Part shown: in pieces, positions 26,677 through 39,571 of the stretch
How the letters are laid out: the number at the start of each line of letters is the position of its first letter
Numbering within the stretch: position 1 is the stretch's first letter
Assembly (NCBI GenBank): GCA_951406725.2
Contig: OX597816.1
Coordinates: 107,260,001-107,324,000 of the forward strand
DNA: 64,000 nt
DNA from: Octopus vulgaris
Taxonomy: Eukaryota
Reading direction: 5' to 3'
Translations under genes and position numbers: made by a program
Notes under the pieces: generated by a model
What the model saw: the letters and a program-made list of their open reading frames with translations, nothing else
Database searches by the model: none
What the model was told of the DNA's origin: nothing

Positions 26677-26730
26677 TAATAATAATAATAAGAAGAAGAA
26701 GCAGAAGAAGAATAACAATAATAATAATAA
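26556..26730. repeat. (AAT/GAT)n microsatellite
   Basis: Direct reading; it produces the poly-N and poly-L ORFs. Confidence 0.95.
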
Positions 26731-27758
26731 AGTAGAACTAGGATCTCATGCAGACCTTTCTTAGCTATGTAACAGTTCTGATGATGGGGGGGAAAAAATC
26801 AAAGAAAAAAATTACAAGACTAAAAACCACAGAAAGATATTGATATACTTGTATTTCTTCTTTACATTTTTATTCCCTCCTTTTCTCTTTCAAAATAAAT
26901 GTGTGTGTGAATATATATAATATGCATGTGCGCACACACACACACATACAAGTACATGCACACACACACACACACATACAAATACATGCACACACACACA
27001 TACAAGTACATGGACAGACACACATAAATGAAATGAATGTGTGTATGTGTATATAAGCATATAATTGTGTCTATTCATGCACACACATACACACACACAC
27101 GCACACACACACACACAGACACACACACATGGATATAATCGATAAAGACAAAATTACAACTGATATATGTTTTCTCATTCTCTTCAACTGAAACAAAGAC
27201 TTCTGTATTTCTTTTTGCAACTAAGTATATGGAAATAATGTGCATGAATGTATTCCTCCTTCCCACCTCTTTTCCTTTCTTTTACATAACAGGTAACAGG
27301 TGTGTTACATGTTATGTAAAGCTGTGTGTATGCCACAAACGTGTGTGAATGTGTGTGTCTGCTCCAACATGTTCCTTACCACACACAAATACATACAGAA
27401 ATATGTACACCTGTATCTCTACAGGTAATATAATTGTATGGACTGGAATAATGTGGGGATTGAGTAGGTGACTCATGTATTTGTTAATGATATTGTTGCT
27501 TTAAGTGGTGAGCTGGCAGAATCATTAGCATGTCAGGCAAAATGCTTAGTGGCATTTCGTCTGTCTTTATGTTCTGAGTTCAAATTCCACCGAGGTTGAC
27601 TTTGCCTTTCATCCTTTCAGGGTCAATAAAATAAACACCAGTTGAACACTGGGGTTGATGTAATCAACACTTGCCCCTCCCTGAAATTGCTAGCCTTGTG
27701 CCAAAATTTACTTAGACCCAGGTCAGTCTTGATTGAGTAGACCGATTATGATCTAAAG

Positions 27759-28106
27759 TAGTTGTTCTCATCCGGAGTCCATATGTCCCTTGGGGGTCCA
27801 TATGTCCCTTGGGGGTCCATATGTCCCTTGGGGGTCCATATGTCCCTTGGGGGTCCATATGTCCCTTGGGGGTCAATATGGCCCTTGGGGGTCCATATAA
27901 GATTTTGCTGTTAAATTTTATCTGCAATGAATTGATTAAACTTCTGCAATACACAAAATATTAAAAAATGTTTTTATTCAATTCATAATTATATTTTTTT
28001 ATAAAATAACAATATGATTTTTTAAAACATTGAATAGCTAGGAGGATCCGTCCAAGTGAAGTAAGAATTGAAGTGGTTCATAGGTAAAAATGCTTGAGAA
28101 ACTCTG
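27759..28106. mobile_element. hAT (Charlie-like) MITE with 8-bp TSD
   Basis: Termini TAGTTGTTCTCA ... TTGAGAAACTCTG resemble CAGTGGTTCTCAA. Exact TSD ATCTAAAG at 27751-27758 and 28107-28114. Confidence 0.88.
27777..27898. repeat. 19-bp minisatellite (GTCCATATGTCCCTTGGGG), about 6.4 copies
   Basis: Direct reading; lies in the subterminal region of the hAT MITE. Confidence 0.92.
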
Positions 28107-29050
28107 ATCTAAAGCTTCCATCCATGTCCAGCCCACCGTTTTAGCATTATGTAGAAGTATGCTATCTGATCCTGTTATTGTATAAAGCTTCACTAGCCAC
28201 TGCTATCATGCTGAACAACAGGTTATACTTTGGTGATTTTCACATTCTAACAGACAACATTAGCACAGACATACAACATAAATTTGTGGACCTGCCAAAC
28301 CTGAAGTTTATGGCATTGTGTGATGAAATGCACTTTGGTTGTGTAAAGCTCAAAATTTTGAGGGGAGAGGTCTAGTCAATTACATTGAACCCTAGTGCTT
28401 GACTGGCACTTATTTTATTGACCCCAAAAGTATGAAAGGCAAAGTCAGTCTTGGAAGAATTTGAACTCAGAATATAAAGGTGGATGAAATGCTGCTAAGC
28501 ACTATGTCCAGTACGCTGATGATTCTGTCAGCTTGTTACCTTGATAATGACAATAATAATAATAATTATAATAATAATAATACAGCAAATATTCTGGGCT
28601 ACAGCAAATATTCTGCTCAATACCACAGATTTGCTTGTCAGTTGTTTGACCTTAACCAGTTGAGCATGTCCCTTATTGGCTGACGATATGTGCATCTCTG
28701 ATCACAAGCAGAAGTAGTGGGAGAGCATCATAGCCGTGTGTTGAAAGAAATTCTTGGAGGTTTGGATAATTCACCTTTGAAAACATAGCTGGTTCGTTCA
28801 ACATCCTTAAAAATCCTTAATCAGGGACCTTTTGAGCGGAATGGGCTACTCGAGCAGAAGAAAATTCTAACTGGGCTCCACCTGCAAGGTCATGCGCTGT
28901 TTATCTTGATATGAGATCACCATGTCACGGACATATGGTTGTGATGCATGTGCCTGGTGTACCCTTATCAGACGGGTAGTCATGATGGGTATACTGGGCT
29001 TCGTATATTTTACCCCAGTGTCACTTTGATGGCATGCACTGCTCTCTCAC

Positions 29051-29099
<49 letters not shown>

Positions 29100-30188
29100 T
29101 AATAATATTGATAATAATAATTCTTTCTACTTGAAATTGGAGGGAGGGAGCCAGTCAATTAGATCAAACCTAGTATACAACTGGTACTTAATTTATCGAC
29201 CCCGAAAGGATTAAGGGCAAAGTCGACCTCGGCAGAATATGAACTCAGAATGTAAAGACAATGAAATACTGCAAAGCATTTTGTCCAGTGTGCTAACCAT
29301 TTTACCAGCTTGCTGCCTTCAAAGAAGAATAGTAATGCTCATTGTTGATCAATCATAGAAAAGCGTTTCTTCTTTTCAAAACAACTATTCCAAAAGTGTA
29401 TCAGAATTTAATGTACTTATTTATTTTCAGCGAAGATTAAGGTGGTGAGTGGCTGTTGAGGGGTCGGAGTCAGACAATGGAGATTACAAAATATAAATGT
29501 ATAAAATATTAAAAAAATTATGGGTTAATATATTTTTCTTTCTGACTTTTGTTTTTGCTTTGAATAATTTTTTTACGTCTTGGTGGAACACCCATTAAAC
29601 AACTTGATGTAGAATTTTTTAAGCTTTTATTTAGGTATATTTTCTTCATTTGTTTGTTTGTGTGTGTTTTTTTAACTGCCCCTCCCTCTCTCTCTCTCTC
29701 TTTCCACATACATACAGACATGCACACATAAAGCTCTACATATATATATATATATATGTGTATGTATACACACACACACACATTTGTATATATGTATGTA
29801 TGTATGTATATATATATTATATATGTATGTGTATATATATATGTATATATATTATATATGTGTGTGTAAATATATATATATATATAAACTTTCTAACACT
29901 CTTAAGCTATGAAGTTTTTATATTTTTTTTACTGACATAAAAAGGTAAATGTTAATGTATAGATAAAAATCAGATGATGTGATGATTTGGAGGAAGAGGA
30001 GGAGAAAGAGAAGGCAGACTGTGGTGAGGATGACATGGTGGTGGTTGTAGTGGTGAGTGTAGAGTGCTGAGAATAATGATGATGGTGTTGCCAATGATGG
30101 TGATGATATATCGATGGTCATATTGATATTGATAAGAGGGAGTGTTACAAGGCATCAACCTGTCTGACTGTTGATCTCTTTTTCTATA

Positions 30189-30865
30189 TATGAGGGGATA
30201 CCCAAAAGAAACTGGAATTTTGCAATATTATTTTGTTCACTTAGTTATTCACTGGAACTCTTGTGAAATGATGCCTTTTAATGCCTCTGTTGATTTGTTC
30301 TTCACTTCTTGCACATCTACAAATTTCATAGCACCAAATTTCGTCACCAGTGATGACCTTTGTATAAAGGTCTGGATCAATTTCCAACTGTTCTTTCAAT
30401 TTATGACACGCATTCAGTCATGACTACTTTTGATGTTCCATGAGCAAGCGAGGCAGAAAGTTTGCTGTAACTCTTTACATTCGCAATTCCTCACTCAAAA
30501 TTCATTGGTAGGAGCTCCAGGACACATTGGTCATATCAACAAGTTTGTCAGTTGTTCGATAATGGTCCTCCATGATCAGTTCATGAATTTTCATAATGTT
30601 TTCATTTGTTTGGGAGGTTGATGGTCGCCGTGAACGAGATTGGTCTTGACAAGTGACTATTCCTAAAGTATGAAAACCATTCATAAATTTGTTTTGCTCA
30701 TGGCAGCATCCTTGTAAACTGTTTGAAGCATGACAGCTGGTTCAGTCACCGTTTTCCTTAGCAGAAAACAGAATTTCATGGAAGCATGCTCTAACTTCAT
30801 TTCAGTCTTTGCAAAAATAGATGAATAGGGGAGAAGCATTGCAAAACAAAGATGCACCATATGGC
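30189..30865 (-). mobile_element. Internally deleted mariner relic
   Basis: DQSRSRRPSTSQTNENIMKIHELIMEDHY (mariner GRP-like and HTH region). TIR-like TATGAGGGGATACCCAAAAG. Related sequence at 38517-38693. Confidence 0.75.
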
Positions 30866-32286
30866 ATCTTTTATTTTCCAGTTTCGTTTCTCATTTAACC
30901 CTTTAGTATTTAAACTGGTCATATCTGACCAACATATTCTACCTCTTTAATGAGAAAGCTGGCCAGGTCCAGCCTCTCACACCTACCCTACAATATCATT
31001 CTCATCACTATCTGGTCAGGCAACTTGTCCAGATCAATAAGTCATATTGGTTGTTCAATAGCTGAATGTGTCATATGCACATGTTACAAATACAGATGAT
31101 AGCATTAGTTTGCTAACTAAACTAGTTGATTTTGGCCATTTACAGTCTGTTGTCTGTTCATACCCTCAGCATCTAGTGATATTTGTCAATGATGCAATAT
31201 GTTCACTGGTTCACCATGCCATGCTGCATACCATAATTTCAACTTAACTCTGGTTTTGTTGGTTATGGGGTGCTAGTTTTTGCCAAGGGGCCACCTGTAA
31301 TTTGATCCAGGGCTGTATATTCTCATATTCATTGCTGACCTCTATTTACATACCCATAGCTGGGACTCTCCCAATTAGAGTAGACATTGGAACAATAGTG
31401 GTTAAGAGGTGGTTCCATGCTGGAATTTCTAAACCAGGGCCCAACTACCTGATGCTAATGTCATGCTAGAAATAAGCAATCACATAATCAAAATCATGAT
31501 TCTACATGATAATGCATGATTAATTTAAAACAATGTGAATAAATAAATTTTATATTTGATAGAGTCCTCTGAATGCTAAATGATTAAAAACATCTCTATA
31601 GTTCCCTTCTAACATTATGAAGACATCACATTATTTCTTGTATGTGGCTTTTTAAAAAGCATTAAAAAAAATATTTATTGGCATTTTCTAATGTATTATT
31701 ATTATTTTTTAAAATTATTAAGCTATTTAAGCTGTGAATATTCCACTAATTATGAAGTCAAACTTTGTAAAACTTGTTTAACTATGTAAAAAAGATACTT
31801 CAACCTACTGTTTCGTGTTAGGAGTACTTTAACAGTAATTGTGGCTTTTTCCTGTAATACAATAGCATATTGTTTAATAGGTATGCATGCATGCATGCAT
31901 GCATGCATGCATGCATGCATGCATGTATGTATGTATTTATTTATGTATGTATGTATGTATGCATGTGTGTAGGTGCTATGTGTGTGTGTGTGTATGCATA
32001 TATATATATATGTACTATATGCATATTATGTGTATATCTTTTATCTTTTACTTGTTTTCAGTCATCATACTGTGACTGTCCTGGTGCAGTGCTTTGAAAA
32101 ATTTAAGTTGAACAAATTGAGCTCAGTACTTTTTAAAAAAAAATTTTTAAGCCTGGTACTTATTCCCTCTTTTGCCAAACTGCTAGGTTGTGGAGACCAA
32201 CACCAGTTGTCAAGTACTGGTAGGGGACAAATACAAACATAAAAAAAAAACAAAAAAGACAGACAGACAGACAGACAGACACACGC

Positions 32287-32340
<54 letters not shown>

Positions 32341-32929
32341 GGAGCTCCACTTCCTCTGGGGTTGCCAAAAGGGTGTCAAAGAGGGTTCTGAATCTGAGGG
32401 ACTCCACTACTTGGTTTGCTGCTGAGGTTGTCTCCCCTAACCTTTTCCTTTCCCAAGGCACTCACAAAGCAGTGAGGGTTTGTGCCTGGAGCTTCTTCCA
32501 CAACATGTTAATTAACCCATTATTAACAGGTGCTACTAATCCAGGTCAGAGTAGACTTGGGAACAATTGTGGATAAGAAGTGGTTCCACACTCCTCAAAA
32601 TCTTGGAACTCCCAAACTAGGGCCTCATTACCAGATGCAGTTTGATGTCATACCCAGGACAGACATCTGACATTGAAGTGCTGGGAAAACCAGTTTCTCA
32701 GTATGGAATCTCATCTCTTCAAGCACTGTTTGCAATGCATGGCTTGTCATGCCATTCATCTTGGTGATTTCATGTATCTAAGGCATTTACTTTCAGGAGA
32801 ATTAATTCTTGGTATGCATTCCTTGAACAAATCAAGAAAGAAGGTTCATGATATCCCCTAAGCAAACATGATGCCTTGAACAATCAGTGCTGTGTATTGG
32901 GGGCATGCCACAATCTAATATGTAGTAGA

Positions 32930-33305
32930 AGCAACACCAACATCAAAATAAAAATCAAATGGAAATTGTAGTTAAGATACCCGTACCAGTGACATGTAAA
33001 AAGCATTGTCCGAATGTGGTAGATGCCAGCGCTGCCTGACTGGCATCTTGTGTCAGTGACACGTAAAAGCACCAACCAATCGTGGCTGTTTGCCAGCCTT
33101 CCCTGGCCCCTGTGCCGGTGGCGCGTAAAAAGCACCCACTACACTCACAGAGTGGTTGGCGTTAGAAAGGGCATCCAGCTGTAGAAACACTGCCAGATCA
33201 GACTGGAGCCTGGTGCAGCCTCCTGGCTTCCCAGACCCCGGTCAAACCGTCCAACCCATGCTAGCATGGAAAACGGATGTTAAACGATGATGATGAGGAT
33301 GATGA
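32930..33305 (+). mobile_element. RTE-type LINE 3' tail repeat, young copy
   Basis: GTGACACGTAAAAGCACC repeats then GGCATCCAGCTGTAGAAACACTGCCAGATCAGACTGG...GTTAAACGATGATG; CpGs retained. Confidence 0.8.
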
Positions 33306-33814
33306 ACTAGGAAGAATAGTGTGCAGTTTTGAGAAAATTTCAATTGCTATCAACTAGTGAAACATAATACCTAAAATACCTTCAGAATGTTGAAACTCTG
33401 CGTGGTAGGAGACCCAGAGATAATTTTGCCTGTATTATCTGTGATGTAGTACACATCTAAGAGCCAGATTTGTCTTCTGTGAAAGATTACTTATTAAGAA
33501 ACCAGCTGGAGATTCTTTGATTCAAACAATTCCAACAGCCTTGGTGGAGCTCTGATGATCTTTATACCCAAAGATGTGCTCCTCTACTGGGCTTAAAATC
33601 CATTCTGGATGAGTGTACAAGTGTTAACTTACTTTTGGCATCAATCTTGGCTAAATCATGTCCTACATTTGTCACACGTGTTTTAAAATAAAATCAAGTC
33701 TTGATAAACATCTAGAGGCCTGTAGTAGAATTGCCATCAAACTTGTTTCAGGCATATTTTTGCAATGATTAAGTAGTTATACCTGATATAGAATTTCTTA
33801 CCACCATAAATTTC

Positions 33815-34172
33815 CCTGTGTATATATGTTTGTATGTTGTGTGTGTATTGTGTGCATGTGTGTGAGTGTGATTTTTTGTGTAAGTGGGTGTGTTTGTGTG
33901 TGTATGTGTATGTGTGTGCGTGTTGTATGTGTAGTGTGTGCACGTGTGCGAGTGTCTGTGAGTGTGTGTTTGTGTGTGTGTGTGTGTATGTGTTGTGTAT
34001 TGTGTGTATGTATTATGTGCATGTGTTTGTGTGCATGTGTGTGTTGCATGTGTCTTGTATGTGTGTGTATTATGAGCATGTGTGTTTGTGTGTGTGTATG
34101 TTGTGTATGTGTGTTTGTGTGTGAGTGTACTGTGTGCATGTGTGTGTGTGTGTGTGTGTGAGTGTGTGTATT
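33815..34172. repeat. Degenerate (TG)n low-complexity tract
   Basis: Direct reading. Confidence 0.9.
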
Positions 34173-34323
34173 GTGTAAGAATAAAAAGAATGAGTCTGAT
34201 GTATGCACAGCAATTTCTCACTATAGAAAAAAAAAAACCAACTTTACATTATTCTAGCTAGGTCATTGCCAATTTTGACAAATGAACTGTCATATCATAT
34301 CATACACATATGCATGCAACACA

Positions 34324-34358
<35 letters not shown>

Positions 34359-34645
34359 ATGTATTAATCGTGTTATTATGTTTCAGATAAAAGCCATAGT
34401 TATGCATAATTCATGTGTTTCTGTGATGTGTGTGTGTGTGTATTGTAGATAAGATGCAACATATGGTTATATCTTATGTCATATATCTGTCTATGTCTTT
34501 CTCTATCTCTTTTTGAACACAAAGTTACAATGACATATGCATACACACACACACGCACGCGCACAGAGAAATATATATGATATACATAGACTCACCATGT
34601 TTCTATCTATATCTATCTACACACACACGCTCACACACACACACA

Positions 34646-34695
<50 letters not shown>

Positions 34696-34775
34696 CTATT
34701 CTTTCCAATTCATGTCAGTATGGAAGCCAGACATTATATGATGATAATAATGAGGAAGATAATGATAATGATGGT

Positions 34776-34937
34776 AGGCACAGGTGTGGATGTGTGGTAA
34801 ATAGCTTACTTACTGACCACATGGTTCTGGGTTCAGTCCCACTGCATGCCACCTTGGTTAAATGTCTTCTACTATAGCCTCAGACTTGCGAGTGGATGTG
34901 GTAGACGGAAACTGAAAGAAGCCTGTCGTATATGTGT

Positions 34938-34989
<52 letters not shown>

Positions 34990-35200
34990 TTGTGTGTCTG
35001 TGTTTGTCCCCCCACCGTCGCTTGACAACCAATGTTGGTGTGTTTACATCTCTGTAACTTAGTGGTTTGGCAAAAGATACCACTAGAATAAGTACTAGGC
35101 TTACAAAGAATAAGTCCTGGGATCAGTTTGTTTGACTAAATGTGGTGCTCCAGCATGACCACAGTGAAATGGGTGAAACAAATAAAAGAATATAAGAATA
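34776..35200 (+). mobile_element. CORE-like SINE (family 3)
   Basis: GGCACAGGTGTGGATGTGTGGTAA...GGTTCAGTCCCACTGC...(TG)n...GAAACAAATAAAAGAAT. Confidence 0.82.
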
Positions 35201-35242
35201 ATGATGAGGATGATGATGAGTGTGTATATATATATATATATC

Positions 35243-35765
35243 TCAAAATAAGCAACAGGATATCAAGTAGTGATGCAATACGACTGTTTCAAGCAACTCC
35301 GTTTAATTGAACAGTTCAATCATTACATCAATTCAAATGCAGTGCCATCTTCAGCTGCACAAACCATACCTAGCCATGAGCTATCAACTCACTCTTGTCC
35401 TTTATTCAAAATAAACACAGTCTTCTAGTCTCAGCATTAGTAGTTGATAAAGAGATAAATGAATTAGAAATGAATTACAATCCCTTACAACTCTATGACA
35501 CCAATAGGCTTCATGCAATTCTTGGAAATGTCTATTCTTAGCTGCAATAGTGAGAACATGAATTTCTTCCATCTTATTGCTCTATTAAAGTATTTGAGAA
35601 AAATCATATTAATGTGTCCTACTGGTTAAAATTCTATTTATTTATTTGTGCAGCTGAAGATGGCACTGCATTTAAATTGATGTAATGATTGCATTGTTCA
35701 ATTAAATGGAGCCTCTTGAAACGGTTGTACTGCATCACTACTTGATAGCCTGGTGTTTATTTTGA
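35243..35765. mobile_element. Foldback element with arms of about 120 bp, each carrying a hammerhead-like motif
   Basis: 35243-35363 and 35645-35765 are imperfect reverse complements; (TA)n tracts lie on both sides. Confidence 0.8.
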
Positions 35766-36782
35766 TTTTATTCACCTTACTTTGAGCTGTGGCGGATAAT
35801 ACCAGACTAACTTAGTGCTTCAACTTAAGTACCTAATTCAACTGAATCTCAATTATTTATATATATATATATAAATACTTGTTAAATAAGTATGATCATG
35901 ATCATTAACAATGATTCAAAAATATAATGCTTGCAGTACCTGCTTGAAATTGAAGATAAGAACAGCTTGCACAGTACTGAAATAACTCTCTTTATTAAAA
36001 CTAAAGAAGAAGCTCTGAGGAGGCAGAATCGTTAGGATGTTGTACAAAATGCTTACTAGCAATTCTTCCTGTAGTGTGAGGTCAATTCTGTTTTGTTTTT
36101 CATCCTTTTGAAGTTGATAAAATAAGTATCAGTTCACCACTAGGGCCCCCTCAAAATTTCTGATCTTGTGCCCCCCCCCCCAAAAAAAAAACCCAAACAG
36201 ACTTAGAAAGGCTTAGTAAAGTGAAGGAAATGTAGTGAGCTAGCAATATTTTTGACTGGGTCAATGCAGTGAGCTGGCAGAATCATTAGCATGCTGGGAG
36301 AAATGTTTAGCGGTATTTCGTCTTCCGTTATGCTCTGAGTTCAAATTTCGCCGAGGTCAACTTCACCTTTCATCCTTTTGGGGTTGATAAGTTAGGAACC
36401 AGTGAAACAGTGGGGTCAATGTAATCAACTAGTCCCCTCCCACCAAATTTGAGGCCTTGTGCCTTCAGTAGAAAGGAATATTTTTGACTGGGTCAAGGCA
36501 GTGAGCTGGCAGAACTTAGCATGCTTGGCAAAATGCTTAGCAGCATTTCATTTGTCTTTATGTTCTGAGTTCAAATTCTGTCGAGGTCGACTTCGACTTT
36601 CATCCTTCCAGGGTTGATAAAATAAGTACCAATTAAACACTGGGGTTGATGTAATCGACTTATCTCCTCCTACCACCACCCCTGAACTTGCTGGCCTTGT
36701 GCCAAAATTTAAAATCAATATTTTTGACTGAACTAGAAAATTGCTTTTGCAGTATTTTGCCCTCTCTCTCTACGTTCAGAGT

Positions 36783-37115
36783 TACTATAGTACTTGTACT
36801 TACTAGTACTTGTGATGGCATTCACCCAGGGTGGGTTGAGCCGGCTTCTTCTCTGGTCCTGACGGCATCACGAACCATGGCAGCCCATACTCAACGGTTC
36901 TGTGCAAGGTCGCTGGAGATAGCGAGTCATTTGCAGTTCTATCTGTGCAGACCAACCACCTGCAAACTTGAGAGTTCGGAGAGGTCCTCCTTTATCGTCG
37001 TTGCCCAGGTCTTCAGCTGTCTGCCCGTGCGTTTGTGCCAGTTGGGAAGTGGAGATGGGAGGAGGACATCGTGAATCAGCTCACTTTCTGGACGCCAGGC
37101 CACATGACCGAACTA
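36783..37115 (-). mobile_element. RTE-clade LINE 3' end (second family)
   Basis: Minus frame FGHVAWRPESELIHDVLL...WHKRTGRQLKTWATTIKEDL...DLAQNRxVWAAMV, followed by a CAAGTA-type tail. Confidence 0.78.
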
Positions 37116-37513
37116 CCAGTAAAGTATTGGGGGTTGAGGGTATCAGCTAATCCTTTCCATCAAAATTTTTAACCTTGTGCCAAAATCCGACTGAGGCAAG
37201 ATGTCTATGTAACTATGTTAATGAGATGTGCATATATGAAATTTAGTTATACATGTGTGTTTTGTAAATAACATATGTGTCTTGCAATGAGGTGGCATAT
37301 GGCTGAACTGTATGACATATCTCTGAATCTCTCTCTCACTTTCTCTCTCTCTTTCTCTCTTCTCTTTCTCCATATCTTTCTATATCTTTCTGTGTGCAAA
37401 ACAAATGAAAACAATAGATACACACTATATATACACAGACAAAGATATGAAAACATACACACACACATATATTCATACACATGCATATGTACATACATAC
37501 ATGCATGCATACA

Positions 37514-37548
<35 letters not shown>

Positions 37549-38958
37549 GTTCATACATACATACACATACATGCACATGCACAAGTACAACATATTAGGT
37601 GATAGTGAATCCCCTAAAACAAAGAGAACTTATGTCAATAATAGACAAACTGACTTAAGATAAACAAGATGAAAAGACAAGGTTTTCAGTGTTGGTATTA
37701 TGATGATGATGATGACGATTATGGTGATGCTATTGCTGCTGTTGCTGCTGCTAGCATTGCCAGTGTTGCTGCCAATCATTCACACCACTACCACCATCAT
37801 CATCATTGACATCATGTATACATTTGCCTCTACATATCTTTGCATAGAAACCACTTGGGTATTAGTGACCTTGTTTTTGATTTGTATAAAGAAAAAGTCT
37901 GAAGACCCAAGTGGTTCAATCTTCAAAGATGTAGAAATAAGTACTTTACTCAAAAACAAGTAAGGGTTTGCATTAAGAAAGGCATAGCTTTACGGTGAAG
38001 AAGTTTGCTTAGGTCTTAGGTTCAGTTCTACTGTACAGCATCATGGGAAAGTGTCTAATGGTCAGAAAGTTCTACTATTTTTCTTTCTAGCGAATTCATA
38101 TAAATGCAATACACTGCCTTTTTTTGGTGAGAGGCAAGACTTTTCAATTAAGTTAAAACATTATGATGTTCTTTTCTTTCAGAACAATTTAAAGAAAAAG
38201 GAATAAATAAATAAATAGGATCTTTTTTTAAACTTCAAGATAATGATAATCTAAACTTCTGAGAAACAACATTAAAGATTCGTTAATAAGAAAGTTATGA
38301 ATAAAGAATTCAGGAAGGATTGACACTAAACACTAATTTTGATATCTGTAAATATATGGCACTGACTGATTTACCAAATATGTAAAAAGCATTATTTACA
38401 TTCAACAGATATTTGTCCTCATCTTGTTTGTTGTTAACACAGTGTTTCGGCTGATATACCCTCCAGCCTTCTTCAGGTGTCTTGGGGAAATTTCAAACCT
38501 GGGTTCTCATTCCTAATTGCAAAAATTGATGAACAGGGGAAAAGCACTGCAAAACAAAGATGCACCACATAGCAGTACAACTCCACTCGATGACGTTGGT
38601 CAGCAGACTGATGCTTGAGGGTTGCAGAAGCCTAAACAACAATGGGCTTGTCCCTTAGAGAATGTTTCTGGTTACTTTTGGGTACCTCCTTGAAACGATG
38701 ATGATGATGATGATGATATATATATATGTTCTGTTACTTGTTTCACTCATTTAACTGTGGCCATGCTGTAACACCAGCTTAAAGGGTTGTAATCGAAGAA
38801 ATCGACTCCAGAATTTGTTTGTAAACCTAGTACTTTATTTGTCTCTTTTGCCAAACCATTATGTTACGGAGACATAAACACATCAGCATTGGTTTCAAGC
38901 AATGGTGGGGGAGACAAACACAGTCACACAAAGACGCAAGCATACATAGATATATACA

Positions 38959-38991
<33 letters not shown>

Positions 38992-38997
<6 letters not shown>

Positions 38998-39273
38998 GGG
39001 TTTTTTTCAATGGCTGCCCATTTTCGCGGGGTTCCACTATTTCCCTTCTCTCTCTCCCTCTTTTACGTTGTCTGCCATCCCCCCTCTTCCTTTGCTAAGA
39101 GCATTTTTAAGCCAGCCCCTCATATTCCCGTGTCAGGCCGAAGAACGAAATGTTCCCAAGATAAGAGAGTCTTTCTAATCTAATGTTGTGGTTGAGCTGT
39201 TTATTATTTATTATTATTACTATTATTATTAGTATTAGTATTGTCCCTTTGATCCTCGGTCGAAAATTTTAAC

Positions 39274-39325
<52 letters not shown>

Positions 39326-39571
39326 TTTCAGCTTCGCCTCGTATTGCATATTATTTCTCCATACAGGGGTTTTTTCAATGGCGGCCCATTTTCGCGGGGT
39401 TCCACTATTTCCCTTCTCTCTCTCCCTCTTTTACGTTGTCTGCCATCCCCCTCTTCCTTTGCTAAGAGCATTTTTAAGCCAGCCCGTCATATTCCCGTGT
39501 CAGGCCGAAGAACGAAATGTTCCCAAGATAAGAGAGTCTTTCTAATCTAATGTTGTGGTTGAGCTGTTTAT
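38992..39571. repeat. Near-identical direct repeat of about 212 bp (38992-39204 and 39361-39571)
   Basis: Both copies run ATACAGGGGTTTTT...GAGCTGTTTAT with only a few differences. Confidence 0.92.

Noticed and set aside
27777-27898. CRISPR-like regular repeat
   Set aside because: The units are contiguous with no spacers, and the context is a eukaryotic hAT MITE.
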